A stretch of 64,000 bases of DNA, taken from Deltaproteobacteria bacterium (GTDB lineage: Bacteria > Myxococcota_A > UBA9160 > SMWR01). Where the stretch lies: assembly GCA_032128375.1 (NCBI GenBank), contig JAQBGU010000034.1, forward strand, positions 17,855 to 81,854, given 5' to 3'. How positions within the stretch are numbered: position 1 is the first letter of the stretch; every line of letters starts with the position of its first letter. Shown in pieces: positions 47,226-55,914 of the stretch. Below the pieces are notes generated by a model that searched no databases, was not told the DNA's origin, and worked only from the letters and a program-made list of their open reading frames with translations. The position numbers were made by a program, and so were the translations under genes.

Positions 47226-48410
47226 TCAGTCCTTGCGGACAGCGGCTATGCCCGTCAGCGCCAGTTGCACGAGTTCAGACTGTCTGCGTGTCCCGGTCTT
47301 GCCGAATATCTGCTTGAGCTGGCTGCGCGTAGTGTTGATCGACACACCGCGATCGTTCGAGATCTCCTGCAGAGAGCGTCCTTCCGCGAGCAGCGAACTC
47401 AATTCGGTCTGTGCGGGCGTAAGGCGATACATCTGCCGGAAGGAGTTGATGGAGGCCGTGTGCCGGTGGGCGTTCGTTTCCGGATCGGTAATGAAAACTG
47501 CGGCGACTCGGTCGCCGACCTGGCTATCCGTGCGGGCGTCGAGAAGCGGCGAGATGATCACGGAATACGGTCGCTGGCCCGACGGTCGCTCGATCGTCAC
47601 AAAGCCGCTCGCAGTTACATCGGATCCTTCGGCGGCCGTCGTCCGATCGAGATGACTGTCCAAAGCAGCCTGGTTCGCGCGGCCGGTTGCGCGCAGAAGC
47701 CCGCCGTCGAGTTGGAACCCGTCGCGTTGACCGAGAATCCGCTCTGCTGAGCGGTTTGCGGCGACTGCGAGGCGTTTTTCGTCGACCAGCACGATACCGG
47801 TCGCGACACGATCGAGAACTTCGGTGCGCACACCCTGTTCGTGCCGGCTCGCTTTGAGCTGGCGGCGAATCGCGTGCGCCCGAGCCAGATGCGGCGCAAC
47901 CAGGTTGCACATCGCCAGATCATCGTCGTCGAAGTGGCGGTGTCCATCCAAGCGCTGGATCGAAATCCCGGAAATCGGCCGTGCTGCGTCCGAGACGATC
48001 ATGTGAGCAAGCGGTCCCTCGGGCGCGATTCCCTGGGGCTGCATATACTCTCGATAGTATCCGGTAGCGCTGAGGCGTTCGTCCGGAAACAGTTCGTTGG
48101 CTCGCCGGAACCCCTCTCGAAACAACGGATCGGTCATCGGCCAGGGCAATCCGAGACCGAAATGCTTCTCGAAAACCGGGACGTAAGCGACATTCAGTCG
48201 CGTGCGGTAGTACTCCGGTTGGGCCATCGCACCGGGTAGCTGGAGCGACATCGCAATCGCGGCCCCCCCCAGTTCGTTGGAAAATGCCTCCAGAAACCTC
48301 GACCAGAGCGGCGGCGACACTGCCGCCGCATAGATTGCGTCGGTCAGCCGCAGTGCTCGCCTGGCGGGGCTTGGGTCAGGCGCGACACCGGGGATCGGGT
48401 CGTCCGACAC
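47226..48410 (-). CDS. LuxR-family regulator with N-terminal GAF/PAS-like domains (paralog 2)
   Basis: DAIYAAA..P..W, PHLARA, GIVLVD, NRSAE, LTPAQTEL..LLAEG.SL, TTRSQLKQIFGKTGTRRQSELV. Confidence 0.9.
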   Translation of the reverse strand: MSDDPIPGVAPDPSPARRALRLTDAIYAAAVSPPLWSRFLEAFSNELGGAAIAMSLQLPGAMAQPEYYRTRLNVAYVPVFEKHFGLGLPWPMTDPLFREGFRRANELFPDERLSATGYYREYMQPQGIAPEGPLAHMIVSDAARPISGISIQRLDGHRHFDDDDLAMCNLVAPHLARAHAIRRQLKASRHEQGVRTEVLDRVATGIVLVDEKRLAVAANRSAERILGQRDGFQLDGGLLRATGRANQAALDSHLDRTTAAEGSDVTASGFVTIERPSGQRPYSVIISPLLDARTDSQVGDRVAAVFITDPETNAHRHTASINSFRQMYRLTPAQTELSSLLAEGRSLQEISNDRGVSINTTRSQLKQIFGKTGTRRQSELVQLALTGIAAVRKD

Positions 48411-48415
48411 GCCGA

Positions 48416-49537
48416 CTAGGCCTCATCGACCGAAGAGACGCAATCGAGAACCAGTTTGACGAGGTCGCTCTGGCTGCGGGTGTCGGTCTTGGCGAATGCC
48501 CGCTTCAGCTGGGTTCGAGCGGTGTTGAGCGCGACGCCGCGGCCTTGGGCCGCCGCCTCCAGGGAATCCCCACCGGCCAGTCGCGCGACCAGTTCCGTCT
48601 CCGCGGCCGTCAACCCGTACAGTTTGCGAACGTACCGCAACGACAGACCCGTGAAGGTCTCGGGTCCGGATATGAACAACGCGGCGAGGGCCTCCCGAAC
48701 CTGGCTGCCGGGTTGTGCGGGATGTAGGGGGTTCACGAGAACTTGCATGGACGCTGAGTCCTTCCCGAGACGGATTGCGCGCCACGCCTTGCCCATGGCT
48801 GCCTCTTCGAGGGCGAATTGCAACAGATCATCGTCCGATTTTTCGATCGCGCGGATATGCCCCTCCTTCAAGCCGAAAATTTCTGCGATCTTGACCATCA
48901 TTCGAGCGCTTCGATTCATCAGCACCGGGCGGTGGGCGGCGTCTGTCAGGATCACACCGATTCGCAAGCGATCGATCACCTCATCGAGTTCTCTTCGACT
49001 TCGGTGAAGGTCTGAAAGATCCTCGTAGATCTCGAACGCGCGTGCCAAATGCGGAACCAGGTCGTCGCCCAAGGCCAATTCTTCGGGTGTGAACTTTCCG
49101 CGACCCTGTTTGCGGAACACGTTGAGAATTGCTGGTGCTTGTTCTCCTGTGACAGTCATTACGTGGCTGATCGGCCAGACAGGGGCGAGCCCATGCGGCT
49201 GCATCCACTCCCGAAAAAAGTCGGTGTCCGCGAGCACCAGATCGGTCATGACTCTGTCGAGCGTCTCGAATCGGTCCCTGATCTTGAAAAGCTGGCCGGG
49301 CTTGAATGGAAGGCCAGCCAGAAATTTCGCCATCAGCGAAGGGCCGATGCTTGCCGGGAGTCCCGCCGCGAAGTAGTGATGAGTCCGCGCCGGTCCTGCG
49401 AGGCCCATCCCAATCACGACCGCGGCCCCCTGGTAGGCATGGTTGAGTTGGGTTGCGAACTCGAACCAATGGGATGGCTCGTACGCAGCTTGATAAATGC
49501 AGTCGATCATCTCCAGGGTCTTCGAGTCTGACGGCAT
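48416..49537 (-). CDS. LuxR-family regulator with N-terminal GAF/PAS-like domains (paralog 1)
   Basis: DCIYQAA..P..W, FFREWMQP, PHLARA, LTAAETEL..LAGG.SL, TARTQLKRAFAKTDTRSQSDLV. Start is ATG 49537 or GTG 49582. Confidence 0.9.
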   Translation of the reverse strand: MPSDSKTLEMIDCIYQAAYEPSHWFEFATQLNHAYQGAAVVIGMGLAGPARTHHYFAAGLPASIGPSLMAKFLAGLPFKPGQLFKIRDRFETLDRVMTDLVLADTDFFREWMQPHGLAPVWPISHVMTVTGEQAPAILNVFRKQGRGKFTPEELALGDDLVPHLARAFEIYEDLSDLHRSRRELDEVIDRLRIGVILTDAAHRPVLMNRSARMMVKIAEIFGLKEGHIRAIEKSDDDLLQFALEEAAMGKAWRAIRLGKDSASMQVLVNPLHPAQPGSQVREALAALFISGPETFTGLSLRYVRKLYGLTAAETELVARLAGGDSLEAAAQGRGVALNTARTQLKRAFAKTDTRSQSDLVKLVLDCVSSVDEA

Positions 49538-49776
49538 CGTCCGCGTCAATTTTCGACGAGCAGATGCGGAGGGCGCCGTCACCCGGCGACGTCCAGCCGC
49601 AGTCGAGTGTGAATCACTCTGCTATGCGGGTGCGGAGCGACGCTGATTGACGATTGGGCAAATGTCGTCGCGGAAGCCGATCGGGTGAGAAAATGCGTTG
49701 ACAGCCGTCGTGCCAGAAACACCGGCACAAACACGAGCAAAAGTTCCCGCCCGAGACCGCCAACTCGAAATACCCA

Positions 49777-49798
49777 TTAACAACGATTTAACAACGAT
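49777..49798. repeat. 11-bp direct repeat x2
   Basis: TTAACAACGAT TTAACAACGAT. Confidence 0.8.
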
Positions 49799-49800
49799 TC

Positions 49801-49970
49801 AAAAAAGGCAGGGACCCGCTCTCAAGGAGCGGGCCCCCGAGGGAAAATCTGCATGTGATTGGCATTACCGATTCACCCTTTTTTGAGCTTCGAGGAGAAC
49901 TGGGGCGGCGCGGACTCTGGCTGAAAGCCGCCCGAGGCAGCGGCATTCACACGCGACGCCTCAACTCACT
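49801..49970 (-). ncRNA. Candidate structured small RNA, copy 1
   Basis: Paralogous to 50163-50316. Ends in a GGGGCCCGCUC/GAGCGGGUCCC stem followed by UGCC and U6. Internal AGGGUGAAUC/GAUUUUCCCU stem. 5' end estimated from the -10-like box. Confidence 0.6.
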
Positions 49971-49976
49971 GTCCCA

Positions 49977-50025
49977 GTTTACCCTAGTCCGACTGGACTC
50001 CGCGTCCCCCAGATAAGGGATATCA
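49977..50025 (-). promoter_or_regulatory. Candidate activator-dependent promoter with operator, copy 1
   Basis: Minus strand ATCCCTTATCTGGGGGACGC-N15-TAGGGTAAAC. Confidence 0.55.
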
Positions 50026-50057
50026 AAGACTTTTTCGGGGTCGGCGTCCAATTCGAG

Positions 50058-50095
50058 GTCGAATGTCGAATGGAATGTCGAATCAATGTCGAATA
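50058..50095. repeat. Short gtcgaat-based tandem repeat in the spacer between the two units
   Basis: gtcgaat gtcgaatggaat gtcgaatcaat gtcgaata. Confidence 0.7.
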
Positions 50096-50162
50096 TTGAA
50101 AGCCCACTTGAGCGGCTCTGTCGCCATCGCTGCTGAACCCGAGGTCGATTCGATTTGCATGA

Positions 50163-50316
50163 ATGAAAGGGGCCCGCTCCAGGAGCGGGCCCCTAAGGGA
50201 AAATCTGAAAATGGTGCCTGGAATCGATTCACCCTTCCCGAGGAGAGCTGCGGCGATGCGGACTCTGGCTGAAGGCCACTCGAGGAAGTAACCAACTACC
50301 CAACGCCACATCTCCG
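50163..50316 (-). ncRNA. Candidate structured small RNA, copy 2
   Basis: Paralogous to 49801-49970. Perfect 12-bp terminal stem AGGGGCCCGCUC/GAGCGGGCCCCU followed by UUCAUU. Confidence 0.6.
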
Positions 50317-50322
50317 ATCGTG

Positions 50323-50371
50323 GTTTAGCCTAGAACGATTCGAATCTGCGTCCCCCAGATGAGTGATCTCA
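50323..50371 (-). promoter_or_regulatory. Candidate activator-dependent promoter with operator, copy 2
   Basis: Minus strand ATCACTCATCTGGGGGACGC-N15-TAGGCTAAAC, with spacing identical to copy 1. Confidence 0.55.
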
Positions 50372-50666
50372 GAGGATTTTCTTGCAACGCGGGCTCGGGA
50401 AACGGACTTCCGGCTGGGCGCAGAGCGACCAGCAAAGACCTTGCGGCCGACACCCGGCTGTTCCGCTGCTTCTTTGGACGAGCGATTCGCGGGTCCGCAT
50501 CCCGACAGCCGAATGGGTGGCAGTCTGCAACGATTCGGCTGCACCCCTGGTACCAGTCCCTGCACCTGGGGGCTCTAGAACGCCCCGAGCGCACGGCACG
50601 GCTGCCACCAAACTTGGCACACGACTTGCTCTACTCGAACCCGTCGACACACGAGGAGGCAACGCA

Positions 50667-51236
50667 TTGAGCCTTGCGATCGAAGCCGAGAAGATCATTA
50701 CCCATCACGTGGGGTACGCGATGGCAGCCGCTGCCATCCCCGTCCCGCTAGCAGACATCGCGGCCGTGACGCTGGTCCAACTAGATATGCTCAAGGCGCT
50801 TTCGGCCGAGTTCGAGGTCGACTACCACCAGAACAGTGGCAACGCGCTGCTGGCTGCGCTTGCCGGAGCCTCTGCCGCCCGGCTCGGGGCCAGCATCTTC
50901 AAAGTGATTCCCGTGGCCGGTTCGCTGATCGGTGCGGCCGCTCAAATCGTGTTGTCCGGCGCGTCGACCTACGCGGTTGGGCGGGTATTCCGGGAGATCT
51001 ATGCAGATTCGGGCACGCTGGCGAATGTCGACCGCGACGTGTTGCGCGATCGCTACGATGAATACGTCGCCAAAGGACGTCGCCTGGCGCGGAGTCTACG
51101 CGATTCGGTGACCCGCGAAGAATCACTGGACGAAATCAGTCAGGGCCTCGAACGTCTGGATCGGCTCCGCCGCGCCGGCGTAATCACCGAACAGGAGTTC
51201 GAACGCCTCAGTTCGCCGCTGATCGACCTGGAATAA
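50667..51236 (+). CDS. YcjF/DUF697 family protein with C-terminal SHOCT-like motif
   Basis: SD GAGGAGG before TTG. IPVPLADIAAVTLVQLDML, KVIPVAGS, GASTYAVG; LERLDRLRRAGVITEQEFE. Confidence 0.82.
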   Translation: MSLAIEAEKIITHHVGYAMAAAAIPVPLADIAAVTLVQLDMLKALSAEFEVDYHQNSGNALLAALAGASAARLGASIFKVIPVAGSLIGAAAQIVLSGASTYAVGRVFREIYADSGTLANVDRDVLRDRYDEYVAKGRRLARSLRDSVTREESLDEISQGLERLDRLRRAGVITEQEFERLSSPLIDLE

Positions 51237-51349
51237 GCACCTAGACCGGACGAAATCCTCCGCATCGCTATTCGCCTGGTCCATTTCGAATCAGGGCTCG
51301 TACGCGCATTTTTCGCGTTCGGATTTGGGCCAAAGATGGGGAGCGAAAA

Positions 51350-54259
51350 CTACCAGTCCTCGAGAGCGGGGCAGGTGCATACCAGGTTGCGGTCACCGTA
51401 CGGGTTGTCGATTCGGCCAACCGCGGGCCAGAACTTGCCCGCGCGCACCCATTGTCGCGGATACGCGGCCTGTTCGCGCGAGTATGCGTGGTTCCAGTCG
51501 TCTGAACACAGTGCCGCGGCAGTGTGGGGTGCACCCTTCAACGGATTGTCGTCACGGTCGAGTGTCCCATCTTCGATCGCTTGAATTTCCTCGCGGATGG
51601 CAATCAGCGCATCGCAAAACCGATCGAGTTCTGGCTTCGTTTCACTCTCGGTCGGCTCGATCATCAACGTGCCGGATACCGGAAAACTCATCGTCGGCGC
51701 GTGAAAGCCGAAATCCATCAATCGCTTTGCGATGTCTTCTACGCCCACTCCGGCGCGCTTTTCGAATTCGCGACAATCGATGATGAACTCGTGAGCGACG
51801 CGCCCGGCCGGACCGCGATACAGCACCTCGAAGTGCTCCGTCAACCGGTGCGCCATGTAGTTCGCATTCAGGATCGCCACCTGGCTGGCGCGTTTCAACC
51901 CGGAAGCACCCATCAACGCGATGTACACCCAGCTGATCGGCAGTATGCTCGCGCTTCCATACGGCGCGGCAGATACCGCGCCGACGCCATCGAGGGGATG
52001 GCCAGGCAGGTAGGGGCGCAAGTGCTCGGCGGCCGCGATCGGACCCATGCCTGGGCCGCCCCCGCCGTGCGGAATACAGAATGTCTTGTGCAGATTCATG
52101 TGGCAGACATCGGCCCCTATCATGCCAGGTGAAGTCAGGCCGACCTGCGCGTTCAGATTGGCGCCGTCGAGGTAGATCTGGCCGCCGCGCTCGTGAACGA
52201 TTGCGCACAGCTGCTGGACGTGCTCTTCGAACACGCCATGGGTCGAAGGGTAGGTGAGCATCAGAGCGCCCAGCTCATCGCGATGTTCGTCGGCGCTCGT
52301 GCGCAGACTGTCCAGATCGATATCGCCACGCGCGTTGCAGGCGACCGGGATACAGCGGAAGCCGGCAATCACCGCGCTGGCCGGGTTCGTACCGTGTGCT
52401 GATGTGGGGATCAAGCAGACATCGCGCTGCCTGTCGCCGCGGTCGTCGTGGTAGCGACGAATTGCCAGCAAGCCGGCGAACTCGCCCTGTGAGCCGGCGT
52501 TGGGTTGCAGGGATACAGCGGGCAAGCCGGTGATTTCGCCCAACCAGATTTTGAGATCGTCGAGCAGCTTGGTGTATCCGGCCGTCTGGCTGGGCGGGGC
52601 GAACGGATGCAGTCCGGAAAATTCCGGCCACGTGACCGGCAGCATTTCGCTGGTGGCGTTGAGTTTCATCGTGCAGGAGCCGAGCGGAATCATCGACGTC
52701 GTCAGCGATAGATCACGCGATTGCAACCGATGGATGTAGCGGAGCATTTCGTGTTCCGCGTGGTGTTGGTGGAAGACCGGGTGTGTCAGGAAGGCGTTCT
52801 TTCGAATCGCCCAATCGGGTATTCGAAACGACTCGGTGCTGGCCAACTCGGCGACGCTGGAGTCGCTGCTCGAGTCCGTGCGCTGGCCAGCATTGAATGC
52901 GGCGAGCAGCGCGGAGACGTCATCGGTTGTCGTGGTCTCGTCCAGCGAAATACCGAGGCTGCCGTCTCCGAAATCACGCAGGTTGAAACCGCGTTCGCGC
53001 GCCGCCGCGAGCCGCTGTTGGGCGCTGCCCAAATGGGGGGAAACCCGCAGCGTGTCGAAGAACGCGTCGCCCCAAAGGCGGCATTGTGCGCGTTTGAGCC
53101 CTTCGGCGAGCGCCCGGGTCAACGCGTGACAACGGCGAGCGATCCGCCGGAGTCCATCCGGACCGTGGTAGACCGCGTACATACCCGCCATGATCGCCAA
53201 CAGCACCTGCGCGGTGCAGATGTTGCTGGTGGCCTTGTCGCGTCGGATATGCTGCTCACGGGTCTGGATCGCGAGTCGGTAGGCGATGTCTCCGTGAATA
53301 TCCTTCGAGACGCCGACGATCCGGCCCGGAATCTTTCGCGCATTCGATTCGCTGGTGGACAGGTAGCCCGCGTGGGGACCACCGAACCCAAGTGGCACCC
53401 CGAAGCGCTGTGCCGATCCAATCACAATGTCCGCGCCGAATTCGCCAGGAGGTTCCAACAGCGTCAGTGCCAGCAGGTCGGCTGCCACCACGACGCTCGT
53501 GCCCGCCGTGTGCGCCCGCTCGGCGATTGCGCGGTACGACTCGATGCGCCCATCGCTGGTCGGGTACTGGAGCAGCACCCCGCACAGATCCTGGCGCTCG
53601 AAGTCGATTTCTTCGATGTTGCCGACGTAGAGCTCAATGCCGGTCGAAGCTGCACGGGTTCTCAATACGCCGAGCGTCTGCGGATGGCAATCCGCTGACG
53701 CAAAGAAACCGCGCTTGCGTCCGCGGCCGATCGAGATGCACATGGTTACCGCTTCGGCTGCCGACGTCGCTTCGTCGAGCAATGAAGCGTTCGCGAGCGG
53801 CAGGCCGGTGAGGTCTGCGATCAGCGTTTGAAAATTCAGCAGCGCCTCGAGCCGACCCTGCGCGATCTCCGCCTGATACGGAGTGTATTGGGTGTACCAG
53901 CCCGGGTTTTCCAGCACATTGCGCTGAATCACCGGCGGAACGATCACATCCGAATATCCCATCCCGATACACGAGCGAAGTACCTGATTCTGACTCGCGA
54001 TGCTTCGAAGCCGCCCAACGAGTTCGAATTCGCCGAGTGGTCGCCCCTCGAGACCACTCAACGTCAGTGGTTGCTCGAGTTGAATCGATGTTGGCAGAGT
54101 CTGCTGAGTGAGGGCGTCGAGTGACGAGAGCCCCAGATCTTCGAGCATTTCGCTGACTTCATCTGGGCTCGGGCCGATGTGACGCGGTTCGAACAGATCT
54201 ACAGGGTCGAGAATGGATTGCGCCGATGTCGCAATCGTTGTCGGTTGTTGTTCGTTCAC
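51350..54259 (-). CDS. gcvP: Glycine dehydrogenase (decarboxylating), P protein
   Basis: [89 protein letters not shown]. Confidence 0.98.
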   Translation of the reverse strand: MNEQQPTTIATSAQSILDPVDLFEPRHIGPSPDEVSEMLEDLGLSSLDALTQQTLPTSIQLEQPLTLSGLEGRPLGEFELVGRLRSIASQNQVLRSCIGMGYSDVIVPPVIQRNVLENPGWYTQYTPYQAEIAQGRLEALLNFQTLIADLTGLPLANASLLDEATSAAEAVTMCISIGRGRKRGFFASADCHPQTLGVLRTRAASTGIELYVGNIEEIDFERQDLCGVLLQYPTSDGRIESYRAIAERAHTAGTSVVVAADLLALTLLEPPGEFGADIVIGSAQRFGVPLGFGGPHAGYLSTSESNARKIPGRIVGVSKDIHGDIAYRLAIQTREQHIRRDKATSNICTAQVLLAIMAGMYAVYHGPDGLRRIARRCHALTRALAEGLKRAQCRLWGDAFFDTLRVSPHLGSAQQRLAAARERGFNLRDFGDGSLGISLDETTTTDDVSALLAAFNAGQRTDSSSDSSVAELASTESFRIPDWAIRKNAFLTHPVFHQHHAEHEMLRYIHRLQSRDLSLTTSMIPLGSCTMKLNATSEMLPVTWPEFSGLHPFAPPSQTAGYTKLLDDLKIWLGEITGLPAVSLQPNAGSQGEFAGLLAIRRYHDDRGDRQRDVCLIPTSAHGTNPASAVIAGFRCIPVACNARGDIDLDSLRTSADEHRDELGALMLTYPSTHGVFEEHVQQLCAIVHERGGQIYLDGANLNAQVGLTSPGMIGADVCHMNLHKTFCIPHGGGGPGMGPIAAAEHLRPYLPGHPLDGVGAVSAAPYGSASILPISWVYIALMGASGLKRASQVAILNANYMAHRLTEHFEVLYRGPAGRVAHEFIIDCREFEKRAGVGVEDIAKRLMDFGFHAPTMSFPVSGTLMIEPTESETKPELDRFCDALIAIREEIQAIEDGTLDRDDNPLKGAPHTAAALCSDDWNHAYSREQAAYPRQWVRAGKFWPAVGRIDNPYGDRNLVCTCPALEDW

Positions 54260-54513
54260 GATGACGAGCGATTCCTTCGATTCGAGGATCGAGATGATGG
54301 TGCGTTGTTCGCAGCCGGATCGAATACGTCGTCCGCTGGAGAATCAGCCACCCGGCCGTCGACGGCGCGATACGGAAAGACCGTGCCGGGGTCGCGTGAT
54401 CCCAGCGGCGCAATAGAGTGGCCCGGATCGCGCTCCGGTGCAAAGAGGCAGCGCCGGCAGGTATTGAGGCGCTGGGCGAACGGCGTTGCGGTAGCGTGGA
54501 TCTGGAGTCGTTG

Positions 54514-55170
54514 ATGAATACTCGAGTTCTGACCGGCGGCATCGTGATCGCTATCGCAACCATTGTGAGCGTCGCGATCGCTGGAAACGGCGATCAGCTC
54601 GCGGACGCCGCCGAGCACCCGCAGTTGATTGTGTGTCTGGGTGATTCCCTGACGGAGGGATTCCAGGTGCTTCCGGAGCAGTCCTATCCCGCGTTGCTCG
54701 AGACGCGGCTGCGCCAACTCGGGCATGACGTCAGAGTCATCAACGCCGGAATCAGTGGATCCACATCGGCCAGTGGGATTTCTCGTCTTGGGTGGCAGCT
54801 TCGCGCGAATCCAGACATCCTGATCTTGGGCCTTGGGGGCAATGACGGACTGCGCGGGCTCGCACTCGAGAATGTCCGCGAGAATCTCTCGCGCACGATC
54901 GCGTTGGCCCAGTCGAAAGGCGTTGCGGTGATTCTGGCCGGGATGAAGATTCCGCCCAACTATGGGCCCGATTACGCGCGCGAGTTCGAAGAGATTTTCC
55001 CAACGCTCGCAAAACAACACCAAGTGCCGTTGATTCCGTTCTTGCTGGAAGGGGTCGCGGCCATGCCTGAGTTGAACATCGGAGATGGTATTCATCCCAA
55101 TCCAGCAGGATATGTTCTGGTGGTCGACAACGTGCTGCCGTCGGTGCTGTCTGTATTGGGCCACCCTTGA
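54514..55170 (+). CDS. tesA: SGNH arylesterase/thioesterase I
   Basis: GDSLTEG, NAGISG, GGNDGLRG, PPNYG, PFLLEGVA, DGIHP, plus a signal peptide. Confidence 0.9.
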   Translation: MNTRVLTGGIVIAIATIVSVAIAGNGDQLADAAEHPQLIVCLGDSLTEGFQVLPEQSYPALLETRLRQLGHDVRVINAGISGSTSASGISRLGWQLRANPDILILGLGGNDGLRGLALENVRENLSRTIALAQSKGVAVILAGMKIPPNYGPDYAREFEEIFPTLAKQHQVPLIPFLLEGVAAMPELNIGDGIHPNPAGYVLVVDNVLPSVLSVLGHP

Positions 55171-55238
55171 GCGATGAGAACAGCCTTGAGCGATGAGAAC
55201 AGCCTCGAGCTGGTGAACAGCCTCGAGCCGGTGAACGA
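55165..55238. repeat. 19/18-bp tandem duplication at the tesA-ybbA junction
   Basis: ccttgagcgatgagaacag x2, cctcgagctggtgaacag, cctcgagccggtgaacga. Confidence 0.85.
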
Positions 55239-55914
55239 CCCAGTTGTGGTTCTTCACGTCGAAGGGGTCTACAAGAGCTTCGCGACGCACGCCGGCAGTC
55301 TCGAAGTGTTGTCCGGTGTCGAACTCGTCACTCGACGCGGCGATACGGTCGCGATCCTCGGTGAGTCGGGAAGCGGGAAGTCGACGCTGCTCTCATTGCT
55401 CGCAGGGCTCGACGCGCCGACGCGCGGCCGAATCATCGTCGAAGGTCACGACCTCGAGGGGCTCGATGAAGCCGAACTCGCGCGTTTTCGGGCCGGCCGG
55501 CTGAGTATAGTCTTCCAACAGTTTCACCTGATGCGTGGGCTCAGCGCCCTCGAGAATGTCAGCTTGCCACTGGAGCTTCAGGGTGCGCCCGAAGCCGAGG
55601 CCCGCGCGCGCGATGCTCTCGAGCAGGTGGGTCTGCAGGATCGGTCCGAACATCTTCCATCGCGACTCAGCGGTGGCGAATGCCAGCGCGTAGCGATCGC
55701 CCGGGCTTTGGTCGTAGAGCCGGCGTTGTTGCTCGCTGACGAGCCGAGCGGGTCGCTCGATGCGCGAACGGGCGGGGCCGTCACGGAGCTGCTGTTCGAT
55801 CTCGTCGAAACGCGTTCTACGACTCTGATCCTGGTGACTCACAACGAAAGCCTCGCGGCGCGCTGCGCCCACGAATACGTGCTCGTGGCGGGGCGTTTGG
55901 CTCAGCACCGCTGA
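55174..55914 (+). CDS. ybbA: ABC transporter ATP-binding protein (YbbA-like)
   Basis: GESGSGKST, VFQQFHL, LSGGECQRVAIARA, LADEP, VTH; tesA-ybbA-ybbP context. Confidence 0.85.
   Translation: MRTALSDENSLELVNSLEPVNDPVVVLHVEGVYKSFATHAGSLEVLSGVELVTRRGDTVAILGESGSGKSTLLSLLAGLDAPTRGRIIVEGHDLEGLDEAELARFRAGRLSIVFQQFHLMRGLSALENVSLPLELQGAPEAEARARDALEQVGLQDRSEHLPSRLSGGECQRVAIARALVVEPALLLADEPSGSLDARTGGAVTELLFDLVETRSTTLILVTHNESLAARCAHEYVLVAGRLAQHR

Noticed and set aside
49979..50311. 110-aa minus-strand ORF (and 50063-50272, 49698-49886) over the duplicated units
   Set aside because: The ORFs run through terminator hairpins, and the paralogous copy has an 8-nt indel that breaks the frame. Conservation follows stems and motifs, not codons.
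49801..50371. Duplicated units as IS/MITE ends, tandem riboswitch or Pxr
   Set aside because: There are no terminal inverted repeats, target duplications or transposase. Each copy has its own promoter-like block, unlike a tandem riboswitch. I see no sigma-54 promoter or recognisable Pxr sequence. Not formally excluded without an Rfam search.
54374..54388. CGGCACG-N4-TTCC as a sigma-54 promoter (also at 36610-36624)
   Set aside because: The -12 GC is replaced by CC in both, and the 36610 copy points away from any gene start.
54260..54510. Glycine riboswitch upstream of gcvP
   Set aside because: No GGAGA...CCGAAG...CUCUCAGG aptamer pattern is visible on the minus strand.
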